DNA of 35,629 nt from Craspedostauros australis (Eukaryota). The notes beneath the pieces were generated by a model that did no database searches, was not told the DNA's origin, and saw only the letters and a list, made by a program, of their open reading frames with translations. The position numbers and the translations under genes are program-made. Below, piece by piece: positions 9,504 through 21,109 of the stretch. How positions within the stretch are numbered: position 1 is the stretch's first letter; every line of letters starts with the position of its first letter. The stretch spans positions 1 through 35,629 of the forward strand of contig JALAGF010006668.1 in NCBI GenBank assembly GCA_030167865.1. The letters run 5' to 3'.

Positions 9504-11251
9504 TCACGATAACATGTCCTGATGGAATCCTGCATCTTTCATGAGAGATAAGAAGAGGCGCTGTTGCAGCTCCTCTTTCGATCCGACGGTTACCATCTTC
9601 TTCAGTTTCAACGCTTCCTTCACCTTCCCGAACGTGAGTTTGGATATGCCTTCACGTATCGACGCCTCGATGATGGGGTCAGAGTCCTTGAACACGGCCG
9701 GTGTGCTGGTGAATTCCAATGGGCCGTCGTGCACGTTGATGATTGGCTCGTCGATGCCACCATCATCGAAGGCTTCGTCGTCAAAGTCGTCCATGTCACC
9801 AAAGTCATCGAAATCATCATCGTCGAACCAATCTCTCTGCGCCATGTGGAGCATGGGGAGGGTGTAGAGGACGTTTTCAGATTTGCCGCTGTTGGGACAA
9901 TAGAGTATGGCCATCTTCATGCATTTGCAGCTGGTCGCTTCGTCGCCCAGACAATCGGCGTGCAGTCCGAGGTAGTACCACGCGGTAAGTTTCCACATCT
10001 TCCTGTCCGGCGTCAGCCTTGGGTCTTCCTTGCCGGCGATGGATTCCAGCTTGGCGTGAGATAGCAGCGTGCGGGATGTATCACCTTCTGCGGATGCAGC
10101 GAAGAGATCCCTGGCGAGCTTCATGACCCGTCGTGTTTCTGCTGGCGGGGTGTCACCGTCGTCACCGTCGTCGTCGTTGATTTGTGCCACAACGTACTTG
10201 GCACCACCGATCTCTTTAACTGCATTGGTGTCTTTGCGATTCAACGACTTGGCATATTTGAGCTGCGTCGCGTCCCTCCATATCCGTTCCTCCGTCGCCG
10301 CACTCCCAAATTTGGACTCGAAGAGCTTCGCATTCCTCGCAAAGATCTCCGCTGCCTCCAGGTACTCTTTGAGATAGAATTTGGCGATTCCCGCCTGCCA
10401 CAGGTACGCGTTTGGCTTTACTTCGAAGACACGGCCAAACGCCTCCGCCGCCTCCTTGACTCGGAACTGTGATCGCGTTTGGTTGCGTCCGCGTACGTGC
10501 AATTGAGATGCCGAGTATGAGCATATGTCAGTTTGGGTGAGTGAGTGAGTGAGTGAGTGAGTGAGTGAGTGACGCAGTGATGCCGTGGTGGAGTTGGTGT
10601 CAACTGTCAGCGCATGCGAGAGCGAATACGATGCAACATTCATCGGTGCGCACATGGGAATGCACTGTAACTGCATGCGCACATCGTCTGCCTTTGTTTC
10701 TAAGCTTCTGTCAGCACTTTGCCGCAACCAGCAACAACAATCAACACTCGAGTCAACGCTCGAGTCAACACCGAACGCACCATCTGAAGCATTTCCATCC
10801 CGGTATCCGTGGCACTGTGGACCAGTCGTTCGACCTCCGAAGCATACTGCAACCATTCCTCTTCTGTGGCCTTGGGATTTATTTCAAAGTCCTTGGCACC
10901 GGCCATTGCCGACGTTTTGCCAATGACCACATCTTCCTTGCGATCCTGCCGTCGACGATCTTCATCACGACGTTCGCGTTCCGCGGCGGTGGAGTCCTTC
11001 TTCTTGGCCATGTGCAGCGCAGTTGAAGCAGGTCTCCGTCTACTCGCATCTATCGGACGCAATGCCTGCATCATCGTCCGTTTCTGATCGTTGGCTGCTA
11101 CTGCTGCTGCTGCTGATGGTGTTGGAGCGTATCCATCACCCTGATTGCAGGGATTCCTCCTGAAGCCATCATGATGATGCTGCGGCTGCGGCTGAAACGA
11201 AGACGCGGATCCAATCAGCGCCGTCAAAGCGAGAATGGGTAACATCATCAT
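9504..11251 (-). CDS. Plastid-targeted TPR-like protein with C-terminal SAP domain (~477 aa; exons 11251-10781, 10466-9504)
   Basis: Signal peptide MMMLPILALTALIGSASS-FQP. Phase-0 intron GTGCGT...CAG (10780-10467) gives MLQM|FRVKEAAEAF. TPR-like YLWQAGIAKFY...ATEERIW and AWYYLGLH; SAP-like LTFGKVKEALKLKKMVTVGSKEELQQRL. Confidence 0.78.
10537..10572. repeat. (GTGA)n microsatellite in intron
   Basis: About nine GTGA units, directly visible. Confidence 0.85.
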
Positions 11252-11866
11252 TCCAAGCCTCCTCTGATCGACAATTGTGCTGAGCAAATACGAGGTCTGT
11301 CGCGTTGCTGAACAAAAGCGATGGTGGCCTCCTCCGAAGTTCAGGGGAGGTCTGGTTTTGTTGCGATCTGTTATTTGTGATGACGAGCCATCTGGGCCCT
11401 TGGCACAGGTGAGTTGATGTGTCTCCTTTCGTTTCTGCGCTTTCGTTTCTGGTGGCTTTCCTTCGCAAGTTCGGATTGTTTGGTTGTCTTTCGGTGGTTG
11501 GTGGATCCATTGGGTACCATCGTATTGGTTTCTGATATCATAGTGATCAGAAGTACATGTAAAGTCCCTGGTTGTAGAACGCGGCAAATGCACATTGCTA
11601 TTACTTTTATTGATCTGAAAGGAAGAACGTAACCAAACGCGGAAGCTAGTTGTTAGTGGAGTGAACTGCACACAAGACAGCACGATGACCCATCTGCAGT
11701 CCCATGCAGTCACTACATCTACACATTCTATCCAATTCACTCTATTATGCTGCACTAGCTCCACTCAACGCTTGGTTACATGTTGCGCTTGCGCAAGGAC
11801 TCCCGGATATCCATGAGATGCGGCGCATCCCAACCAATCACCCTCTGTTGGAGTCAAGCAATCAGC

Positions 11867-12583
11867 CTACGGCCTTGGCCTTTCGAGATATCCTTGAACT
11901 GAAGTCGCAACTGCCTCGACCTTGTTGGGTTCCTGCAACGCTTGAGATATTGCCACGCTGGTTGCATTCGCCATGCGCTTGATTGTCGGACCTACGCCTG
12001 CGACGCTGCGATCCATGTCGCCTTCCATCCCCGCGGCACGCAGCATCCGCTCAAATACCCTGCGACAAAGGATCGCAACAAACAGAATCGCGATGCGCAT
12101 GATTTTGACAACGCGGGAATATATCGCGAGGAGCAAGAACAGGACTTGCTTCGTGGATCGGTATGCGAGGTTGTGATACTTGCGTTGAAATCGCTGACCT
12201 TCCCATTGCAGTGCCTGCGCGTAGGTGGGACCGGTCAGGTCATGATCGGCTATGGGATCGCCTACGCGTGGTGCCAAGAAGCAGAACTCCTCGTCGACCA
12301 CGTATCCCGATCGCAGGGCCTGTTCGGCGGCCGGGACCAGCCACAGCAAGGGGTCGTTGATGGAATAGTAGTTGACGCATCGTTGGAAGGGCGTGGCGGC
12401 GGTACGGCGCAGAGCCGCGGCACCTCCGAAAGCGATGACCTCCATCTGATTCATCTCCAATGGTGTGAGTTGCTTCGCCGCCAGGGATGTGATCAATGCG
12501 CCTTGCGAATGGGCGATGTGCACGACGCGACCCTTTTTGCCCACAGCTCGCAATGCTGCTCGGAGGTGTCTGATATTGCAATT

Positions 12584-12614
<31 letters not shown>

Positions 12615-13141
12615 GTGGTGATACCATGGAAGTCCATATACAGAATACAGTATGCAGCGTGCAGAATGAAGAGGTGTGAGTTGTGCTCTTCATGATGTAC
12701 GAGTAGAGTACTGCAAAGCCGAAAGAATGAAGGGTGAGGAAGACAGGACGAACGAGCATACGAGTACAACTGAATGCCAGGCACTTCAGGTAAGAAGCCT
12801 CGAGACACTCACTCCACCAACGTGTTGACTTCCGATGTGATGCGACCCATCTTCTGCGTGCCGGCCTGCGTGAGATCCGAAATGTATCCTCGCATGTCAT
12901 CTTCTGATGCCATCATTGTGGGATTGTGACACCAATCGACGTTCTCGCCACCGAAGAAATCAGAGATCTCCTTGCTGCCCATGTCCATGTGTCCCAGGTT
13001 ATATCCGACGCCATTCACCCATGTGAGGCGCGTTTTGGGCGCGGCATCTACATTCCATCGATGAGGGTACAGGCACAAGAATGCTGTGAGAAGCAACCAT
13101 GCACATTGCGTGTGATGACGGTTGCAGGTGAATGCCCTCAT
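11867..13141 (-). CDS. Secreted/membrane alpha/beta-hydrolase-like protein (DUF687-like; ~343 aa; exons 13141-12813, 12569-11867)
   Basis: Hydrophobic leader, WVNGVG motif, nucleophile elbow IAHSQGA, then FGGAA, NYYSINDPL and DH. Phase-2 intron GTGAGT...CAG joins LVE|HLRAAL in frame. Hydrophobic C-terminal segment. Confidence 0.72.
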
Positions 13142-13660
13142 GATGGGATGGTCGCCCAGTTGGTTGCTTGCGCAATTCCTGGACTATTTGCATGATCCGT
13201 TGATTCATGAATGAGGCAGTGGCTATGAGTTGTGGTTGCGGCAGGCGCAACAACTGGTTGGCATCGGCGTCGATGTTGACGCCGTTGACGTTGTTTGCTG
13301 TTGCGTCTTTCGATCACGATTTGGAAAGATACGAACCACCCATCAAAAACAGCCACGTGTCGATGCAGATACGGGATACCCATGTCATGTGCGGGTAGAC
13401 GGTCGCACGAGCCCAGGTGAATAGTAGCAGAGACGCTGCATGCACCCAGCGAGATACTAGCGTACGCTTGCCGAGATCAAGAAGACAACCGCTGTTCTCT
13501 AATCTAGGCTAATCTACCCTGCTATGCACAAATTGCATCCATCACGTCGCTCTGAGTCTCCTTGAAACGATTCTGATCAGATGGAGATCACCCAAAGGCA
13601 CAACGTCGAATACTCTATGCGAATCTGCTTTCCCCCTTCTCTGCCATACACGTTTGTGGG

Positions 13661-14732
13661 CTATGCTTTCACCTCTTGGATGGATTGCTCATGCTCAGCC
13701 AGCTTTTCCTTCGCTTGCTGCAGCTCTTTCTTTGCTTGCCGTAGCGAAGCTCGAAGGTCGGATCGCTGTGGACATGCACCGATGTTTGCGGATTGGTTGT
13801 GTTGGTTGATTTGTTGGCGCGTTCCCGCCGCAATACGAGTAGTCCCAAAGGTAGTCGCAGGTGGAGTGGAAGCGAACGGTGAGAGGCGAGGTTGATGAGG
13901 CAGCACACAGATCATCAGGCAGTCCAAGTTCATTCTCGTCGGTTTGACGGTTTAGGCCAGTCCGTTTTCCTATCATTGACACGGCGTCTCTCCCTCTCTC
14001 TCTCTCTCTTTCCTATCATCACCATCAGCAGCAGCAGCATCAGGCAAGGAAAGAGATGCGCACCTTGCTCATTGCCATTTTCATCGCTTCGCTCAGAGCA
14101 GAGTTTTCATTGCGGCTGGCCAATTCTGAAGACTCCATCTCTTCGATTTCCTTGCGCAACCGTTTCCGTTTCTGCGCCATGAGCTTCTTTTGACGTTTGC
14201 GCTCGGTGGCTTCTTGCTTCAACGCTTCTTTTCGTTCCCGCAAATGCGCCAACTTGACCTCCTGTGATGACACGACGCCCTGCAAGCAACAGCTGTAAAT
14301 CTCTTGCTTGACTTGGTGTTTGGCGTACAGATTCTCAACCTGCTCCTCCCATTCCGTCTTGCTGGTCTGGACCTGTTGTCGAATGCGTTCGATGCCTTCC
14401 TGCTTGACGATGAGATCTTGTTGCGCTTGTTCTACAGAATCCTGCGCACGGTACAGTTCCAGCTCGGCGCCATCGCGAGCACGACTCGACGCAAGGAGCT
14501 TGGCACGAACTCGGCGGTGCGTTTGTTGCTGCACCTCGTGCCGTGCTTCCACCTCGGCGAGCTGCGCCTTGGCAGCCACCAAGTCTTCTTGTGCGCGTTG
14601 AAGCTCCAAAGCCCGTTGATGGATACGCTCGGCAACGGAGGTCAGGTTGCCGGGTGCAGAATGGAAATTCCGAGATGATTGCGCGAGCGTGTTGGCGTCC
14701 ATGCTGGAACGCATGTACGTTGCGTTCTTCAT
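13661..14732 (-). CDS. Coiled-coil protein of unknown function (~257 aa; exons 14732-14064, 13765-13661; start uncertain)
   Basis: E/Q/K/R/L-rich heptad pattern throughout. Phase-0 intron GTGCGC...CAG joins MAMSK|RSDLRASLRQAKKEL. Confidence 0.65.
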
Positions 14733-15321
14733 CTCTTCTGTTCTTCTCCTGTTCAGTTGGATGTGCACCTGTTGCGGTGGTCGTCGCTGTGGCTACTTGC
14801 AGAGCATAATGAGCTTGTCCTCGTCTTGGTGGCGTTGCTTTTGTTGTTGCTCTGTGGTTGCGGCGGTTCGATCTTTCTTCGTATTTGCGCGTGGGTGTTG
14901 TTCGCGCCAAGAAGCAAAAGATACCTCTTGTCTTTTGTCAGCTTGTCTGTCCCAATCTTAGCCTTGGTGCCCGAACAATCAACAGAAGCAAATCAGAGCG
15001 AATGTCGATCTCGAGTTTTGGTTGGAAGGGGATTGTTGTTCTCCGCTTGCCACTCAGCAGTTCCACACCCATCAAACACAGCAACGTGACAGCTGCACAT
15101 CAACTACGAGGTGTCTCCTCTCTGACTCGCCTCGTCCCTTCTCTCTCTGTCTCTCTACAATCTATCTGCCCCCAACGAAAGAGAGACAGAACCAAAGGCA
15201 AAGGAAAGTTCTCTGCCGCCGTGACCACATAATACGCACGTACACTACACTTAAACGCACCATCGCCATCGCCATCAGCAACGTCGCCAAAGATATCCAA
15301 GGACAGACAGAACAAGCAAGG

Positions 15322-17136
15322 ATGAGAATCGCAGCAACATTGACGGTGATGGCCTTGGTCTTGGCCGCAAGTCCTGCAACTGCTTTCAGCGTTGTGGGAA
15401 TATCCAACAGGATCAATGGCCGAATGACCAGCAGCCTCAACGCACGAAAGGCCAAGGCGTCGGACAAGAGCAAGCCGGGTGTGGATCCTGCCAAGCGAGC
15501 CGCCTTGGAGGGCGTGCTCAACCAGATCGAGCGCAACTACGGCCGCGGATCCATCGTGAAGCTCGGTGACGCCGAGGGCATGGTGGTGGATTCCATCGGT
15601 TCCGGTGCACTCACCTTGGACGCCGCACTTGGAGGTGGATTCCCCAAGGGCCGTGTCGTTGAGATCTACGGCCCCGAATCGTCCGGAAAGACCACCTTGG
15701 CTTTGCATGCCATTGCTGAGTCCCAGAAGCAAGGAGGCACAGCCGCATTCGTCGATGCAGAGCATGCTCTTGATCCAGCGTATGCCGGTGCGTTGGGTGT
15801 GGACATCGATGATCTCCTCGTGTCGCAGGTGAGTCATGATCGGTCCTTTGTTGAGAGCTTGGTTCAACTTTGAACATTTGGCATTGCCATCGAGATCGCA
15901 GTGCTATACGGTGCTTGCTTGCTTGTTTGGATGTTGTGTTGTGTTGTATCGCTGGGACCGCAGATTGTTCACGAGTATCGACCACGCAGCTGTGCTCGTA
16001 CCATGCGCGTGAGACTGAACTCTCTTGTTTTTTTTTCTTCCATGTTCTCCATTTCCGCCCTTTCTCTACACTCGCCTCGCAATAACAGCCCGACTCTGGA
16101 GAGATGGCCCTCGACATTGTCGATCAGCTCGTTCGTTCTTCTGCCGTCGATGTTATCGTCGTGGACAGCGTTGCGGCCCTCGTGCCACGTGCCGAGCTCG
16201 AAGGTGATATGTCCGACGCGCAGATCGGTCTCCAGGCCCGTCTCATGTCCAAGGCGATGCGAAAAATCACCGGCTCCCTCGCACTCAGCCAGTGCACGAT
16301 CATCTTCCTCAACCAGCTTCGATCCAAGGTACGTGATAGCATTTTGCGTTGTGTTGCTGCCATTGTTGCTGTCGCTGTCGTACCGTAGCTCCAATCATGT
16401 GCTGTTCTCGTCGGGGAGCATTATGTTTCCATCTGCATCTACCCTGCTTGGCCGTTTGGCCTGACACGTGATACCAATTTTGCGGTGCCTCCACTCGTCC
16501 CTTTCTCACCGTCACTTGTTTGCGTGTCTGTTCCTTGTTTCCACCCTCTTCTTGTTATTTCTCTTCTCCCACTCTTTCGTGCCTCCTCCGTGCGTTCGAT
16601 GTGGCTTGCAGGTTGGCGTCATCTACGGTTCTCCAGAGATCACTTCCGGTGGCAATGCCCTCAAGTTCTACGCTTCTGTTCGCCTTGACACCCGCCGCAA
16701 GGAAATCCTGCCAGACAACAAGGGAATCCGCATCAAGGTCAAGGTCGTGAAGAACAAGGTGGCCGCACCATTCAAGGCGGTCATGCTCGATGTTCTCTTT
16801 GGAACTGGCATTGACGGCATCGGCTGCACTCTCGACGCTGCGTTGGATCTGGAGGTGGTCCAACGGCGAGGAAGCTGGTACTCATACCAGGGCAAACAAT
16901 TGGCCCAGGGCCGTCATAACGCCATCGATCTCCTGAAAGGAAACTCAGATCTTGCGGACCAGCTCATGTCGGATGTGCGAATGGCACTTGCAAGCTTCGG
17001 GAAGGAAGTCGAACCCAAAAAGGCTGCTGCCAGCAGTGCAGTCGACGAGGACGAAGAGGAGTACGAATACGAAGGAGAAGACGAGACCGATTTGACTGCT
17101 TCGAAGCCGGAAGGCGCCCAAACTTTCTTGGAGTAG
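15322..17136 (+). CDS. recA: Bacterial-type recombinase RecA, plastid-targeted (~423 aa; exons 15322-15828, 16089-16328, 16612-17136)
   Basis: [65 protein letters not shown] and [14 protein letters not shown]. Two GT-AG introns; leader ...SPATA-FSV. Confidence 0.96.
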
Positions 17137-17580
17137 AGCGCAGCGGCGGTGTTGGCCTTGCCATCCATTCGCGCAAGCAACTCTGCTTATACCATATAAT
17201 AGCATCCGAACACGAAATGGTGGATGAATAAAGTACTCGAAGAGTACGTCATAGTATCCATGTCGTGCCCCTGAAACATCACTTCATTGATAGAGGCGGG
17301 GCACTGACACACTGGCATGCAGGTCGTCGCCACGTTGTTTGGTTTTTGCATCATCCAATGACATGTTCGGAAGCGCAAGTAGAGCGCAAGCACCATCACA
17401 TACAATACTATGCAACGCCATCGCTCATGATGCAACTGTTCTGTTTCTATTCTTCATGTGTTCATGTGTTCACGCATTGGTGTATTCATGTATTCATGCA
17501 CTCATCATCATAATTCACTTGTTCATGCCTGTGTATCATAGGCAATCCTTATCCAACAAATGCTGCTGATCCTCCTGCCG

Positions 17581-18377
17581 TCATATCATGGCATCCGAAT
17601 CATTGAACGCTGCAACGAACTTCTGCACACCATCATCAAAGCGCTTCGAAGTGATCTTGGACTCGATGTTGGAGAATGGGTTGAGGTTGTACTCGATGTA
17701 CAATCCATGAATCTGCGACATCAATCTCTGGATCTCCGAGTCAACATTTGCTTGATGCTCCGGAACGGTGTCATCGTCCACTATCAACAGGAACAGTATC
17801 TTAGTCGTCGTCATGTAGCCTTTTGATCGATGAATAGATGAATCGATGGATGCACAGGTGATTGGTGAATGAAGGAACGATTGCAAGCATACAAGTGCGA
17901 CATCGAGTGAGTAAAGGATGAGGCAGACAACACGAAAGCTGATAGTTTGCGACAGACCCAGAATGCACCATACTATTCTATGGTACAATGACGTATCATG
18001 CCCATTCCACCAGTGCCATATGCGTCTGGTACTGCATGCTACGCTCGGTCTTGCTCGACCACCAACCGCGGCTTACCGTAGATGCGTGTATCCTCCACGG
18101 GGCACAAAAGACCAACGAACATTGCGTCGGAACCCGTCGTGCCTGGCCTTCGCCATTGCAATCCTGGCGGCGGTCCGGCCAGCTGCTCGAACCGATCCAA
18201 CGCACCGTGGAAGAGGAACTGATTGCGGATGGAGCATTCGGCCGTAGTGCTTCCACCCACGCTGGGTGCGAATCCAAACAGCTCCTCCTCCGCCAGCTCC
18301 TGATTCACATTGTCGAAATCCCGCATGTACATGGGCTCCTTGTCCTTCCCGATCACGGCGAGGCTGAGCGCTGCCAT
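17581..18377 (-). CDS. TRAPPC2L: TRAPP complex subunit 2-like (sedlin family; ~179 aa; exons 18377-18077, 17819-17581)
   Basis: LAVIGKDKEPMY, HGALD, FVGLLCPVEDTRIY|GYMTTTKI, HGLYIEYNLNPF and ITSKRFD; intron GTAAGC...AAG. Confidence 0.85.
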
Positions 18378-18836
18378 GATGTCTTGTTCGTCTTGATGTC
18401 ACTGTGGGTGCGTGGCGCAACTGCGGTGATGGGTGCAGCTATTGCTTCTCACTTCTCCTGACTTGCTTCTTTGGTTATTCGTTGTCTCCTTGTCTTGTGC
18501 TGCCTTGGGTGTTGGTGGTGTGTCTTGTTCTGCGCTTTGTGGGTGAGGTTGTGCCGGTCCAGTCTCTTGTGGATTTGGCCAACAACACCTCGGAAATCTG
18601 TGGGAATGACTCCTGCGACTCGATTCTCGCTTTGCTCACATTTTGGCGCGAAGGATGCGGATCTCTCGAACAACAGACCAAGAAAACAAGGAAGTGGTGG
18701 AAGGCAAGAGAGCAGAGAGGAAGGAAGGTGGCGACGAAGCTGCAAGACACAACTTCCAAATTGAAAACGAAGCTAAACACAGAGACAAAACAAAGCACTA
18801 CAATCTGCTCTGGAGAGGTCATACAATTGCTTCATC

Positions 18837-20911
18837 ATGAGTCCAACCCATGCCAGCATTCGTCCTTCCCATGACAACGGCGATGCCATGGGCGATCAGA
18901 TGATGCCACCACCGCGCAAGATGCTTCGTGGAGAGGTTGGTGCGTCCAACCGAGCGATCCGAACCACGCAGTCACAAAGCGCCATCGCTTCAAACAGGGA
19001 CGACGCGACATGGAAGGAATGCCAACCGGCATCTTGGTCGGCGTGGAACAATGATGGAAGCGAACAGCACCAGGATCGCGGCGATGATCAGGACAGTGGG
19101 CCTGCGGATGATCCGTGTCCGGATGATCACTTCGCACATGCACATGAATCCATGTCTTCCTCTTTGGAAGAGACGGACCGTGATCCACAATGCCAGAATG
19201 CCGCAACCCAGCACCTGCACGCGGATCATGACATGTCGATCATTTCGGATCCGTCGTCCTCCGGCTACCGACACACGCCGCCGACGACCAAGCTCGACGA
19301 CATAGTCGGGCAGGCGGCCGCCAAGCTACGGATCGAAGAGCTTCTGCTACCGCTCATGTTGCCTCAGGATGTTGTCGCGGCTGTGTACAGAGGGATACGA
19401 AGACTCAAGACGTCGATCCTTCTGCATGGCCCGCCGTAAGTTGAGCGCGAAATTCATCGAGACACGCGCTGCTCCCTGTGCGTTCCCTGCGTTATCTTTC
19501 GAGTCTCAGCCTTGTCGTACTGTATCGATCCCTGATCAATGGCGCTCACCACTTGCTTTCCCAACGATTTCCTGTTCTTCTCATTTTGTTCGACATCGCA
19601 TCTCAATAAAGTGGCTGTGGAAAGACGCGTCTGGCCGAAGCAGTGGCCGGAGAGGCGGCTGCGGCGCTTCTCACTGTTGGTCCAGGCGACATCCTGTCCA
19701 AGTTTGTGGGAGAGTCAGAATCGCAGGTGCGTTCTGTCTTCGAACAGGCGCGGCATGCTGCTGCCCAGATGGACAGCAATTGCTGCGTGCTCTTCTTCGA
19801 CGAAATCGATGCTCTCGGCCAGTCAAGAGGTGGCACAGCGGCCGCCAATACATCAAGCAGCGCGCATGGTGGTGGAGGTCCGGGTTCGATGGACACGTGC
19901 TCTCGACGGGTCTTGACGGAGTTGCTGTTGCAGCTCAATATGCTCAACGGCAGAAACGATGGCGATGGTGCTGGGAATATGGATGATGCAGTCTTGGCTC
20001 AGACAGTTGGCAATGACGATGAAAACTCTGGCGATCAATCCAATACCGGTGCATGGCAGAACGCATGCGATCATACTAACCTGCAAGCGAAGGAAGATCA
20101 CCATCAATATCGTCGCAGCGACAACAATGGAGGTAGGGAGAGCTGCAGCACATCCCCGTTGCCAATTCGCGTCATTGTGGTGGCTGCCACTAACCGCCCG
20201 GGAGATCTCGATTCCGCGTTGCTTCGACGGTTTGGAATCCGGGTGCATATCGGACTGCCGTCGAAGAAGGACAGAAGCAAGCTCCTGCGAAGGCTGTTGG
20301 CAGATATTGACAACGATCTTACGGGTGATGAGATCAGAAGATTGGCGGCGATGACAGAGGGTTGGTCGGGATCAGATTTGGAATCGCTGGGACGAGAAGC
20401 TGCCATGGCACCTGTGCGAGAGTGCATCCGTGTGGCGGCCTTGCTTCGGCGTAAGAACCGCAACGGTCCCACCCACCGACAATCGAAGGCGACCACGCGC
20501 AACTTGGGGCATCCCAAAGACACCACAACAAACGGTGGGGCAGGAGAAGCTGTATCTATGACGATACTTCGCACCAAGTTGGTTGCCGACTTGACCTGTC
20601 TTCGGCCCGTGTCTTCCTCCGATTTTGAGGCCGCCATGTCATTCTGCAGCGACGGCGGGGGCAGCGCGTTGGGTTCAGCCAATTCCATACACAATTACGA
20701 TACCGTGAACGCTGACGACGGCGTGGAAACGCACGATGGCGTGGAAACACGCCTTTGGAGTATGGCGCATCAGGAGCATTACGACAGCAGTTCAGATGAA
20801 GAGAATGATGATGATGATGACCTTGACGTTCGTTCAGATGGCTATCACGATGACGATCAAGATGGTGCGATTACGCATTCTGCGAGTGCGAGTTTGCCGA
20901 AGAGTGTTTGA
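18837..20911 (+). CDS. AAA ATPase of the katanin/spastin/fidgetin/Vps4 (meiotic) clade (~632 aa; exons 18837-19435, 19612-20911)
   Basis: Splicing GTAAGT...AAG restores Walker A ILLHGPP|GCGKT. Pore loop SKFVGESE, Walker B LFFDEIDAL, SRH AATNRPGDLDSALLRRF, and TEGWSGSDL. Confidence 0.88.
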
Positions 20912-21109
20912 CACAGCAGCAACGAACAGGAGCATCGAAGGACAATCATCAATGGTAACAGCAATAACAGCATCAAGATGTCGCGCAGTGGAGCAGTTGA
21001 TTGAAAGATTGTGCCAATGCTACCGGCTGCCTAATTTCTACATGAGGTTGGGATGCTGTGATCTACTACTGCTACTAGAAAACTGGATGATGATTGCGTG
21101 CTTGCATTC

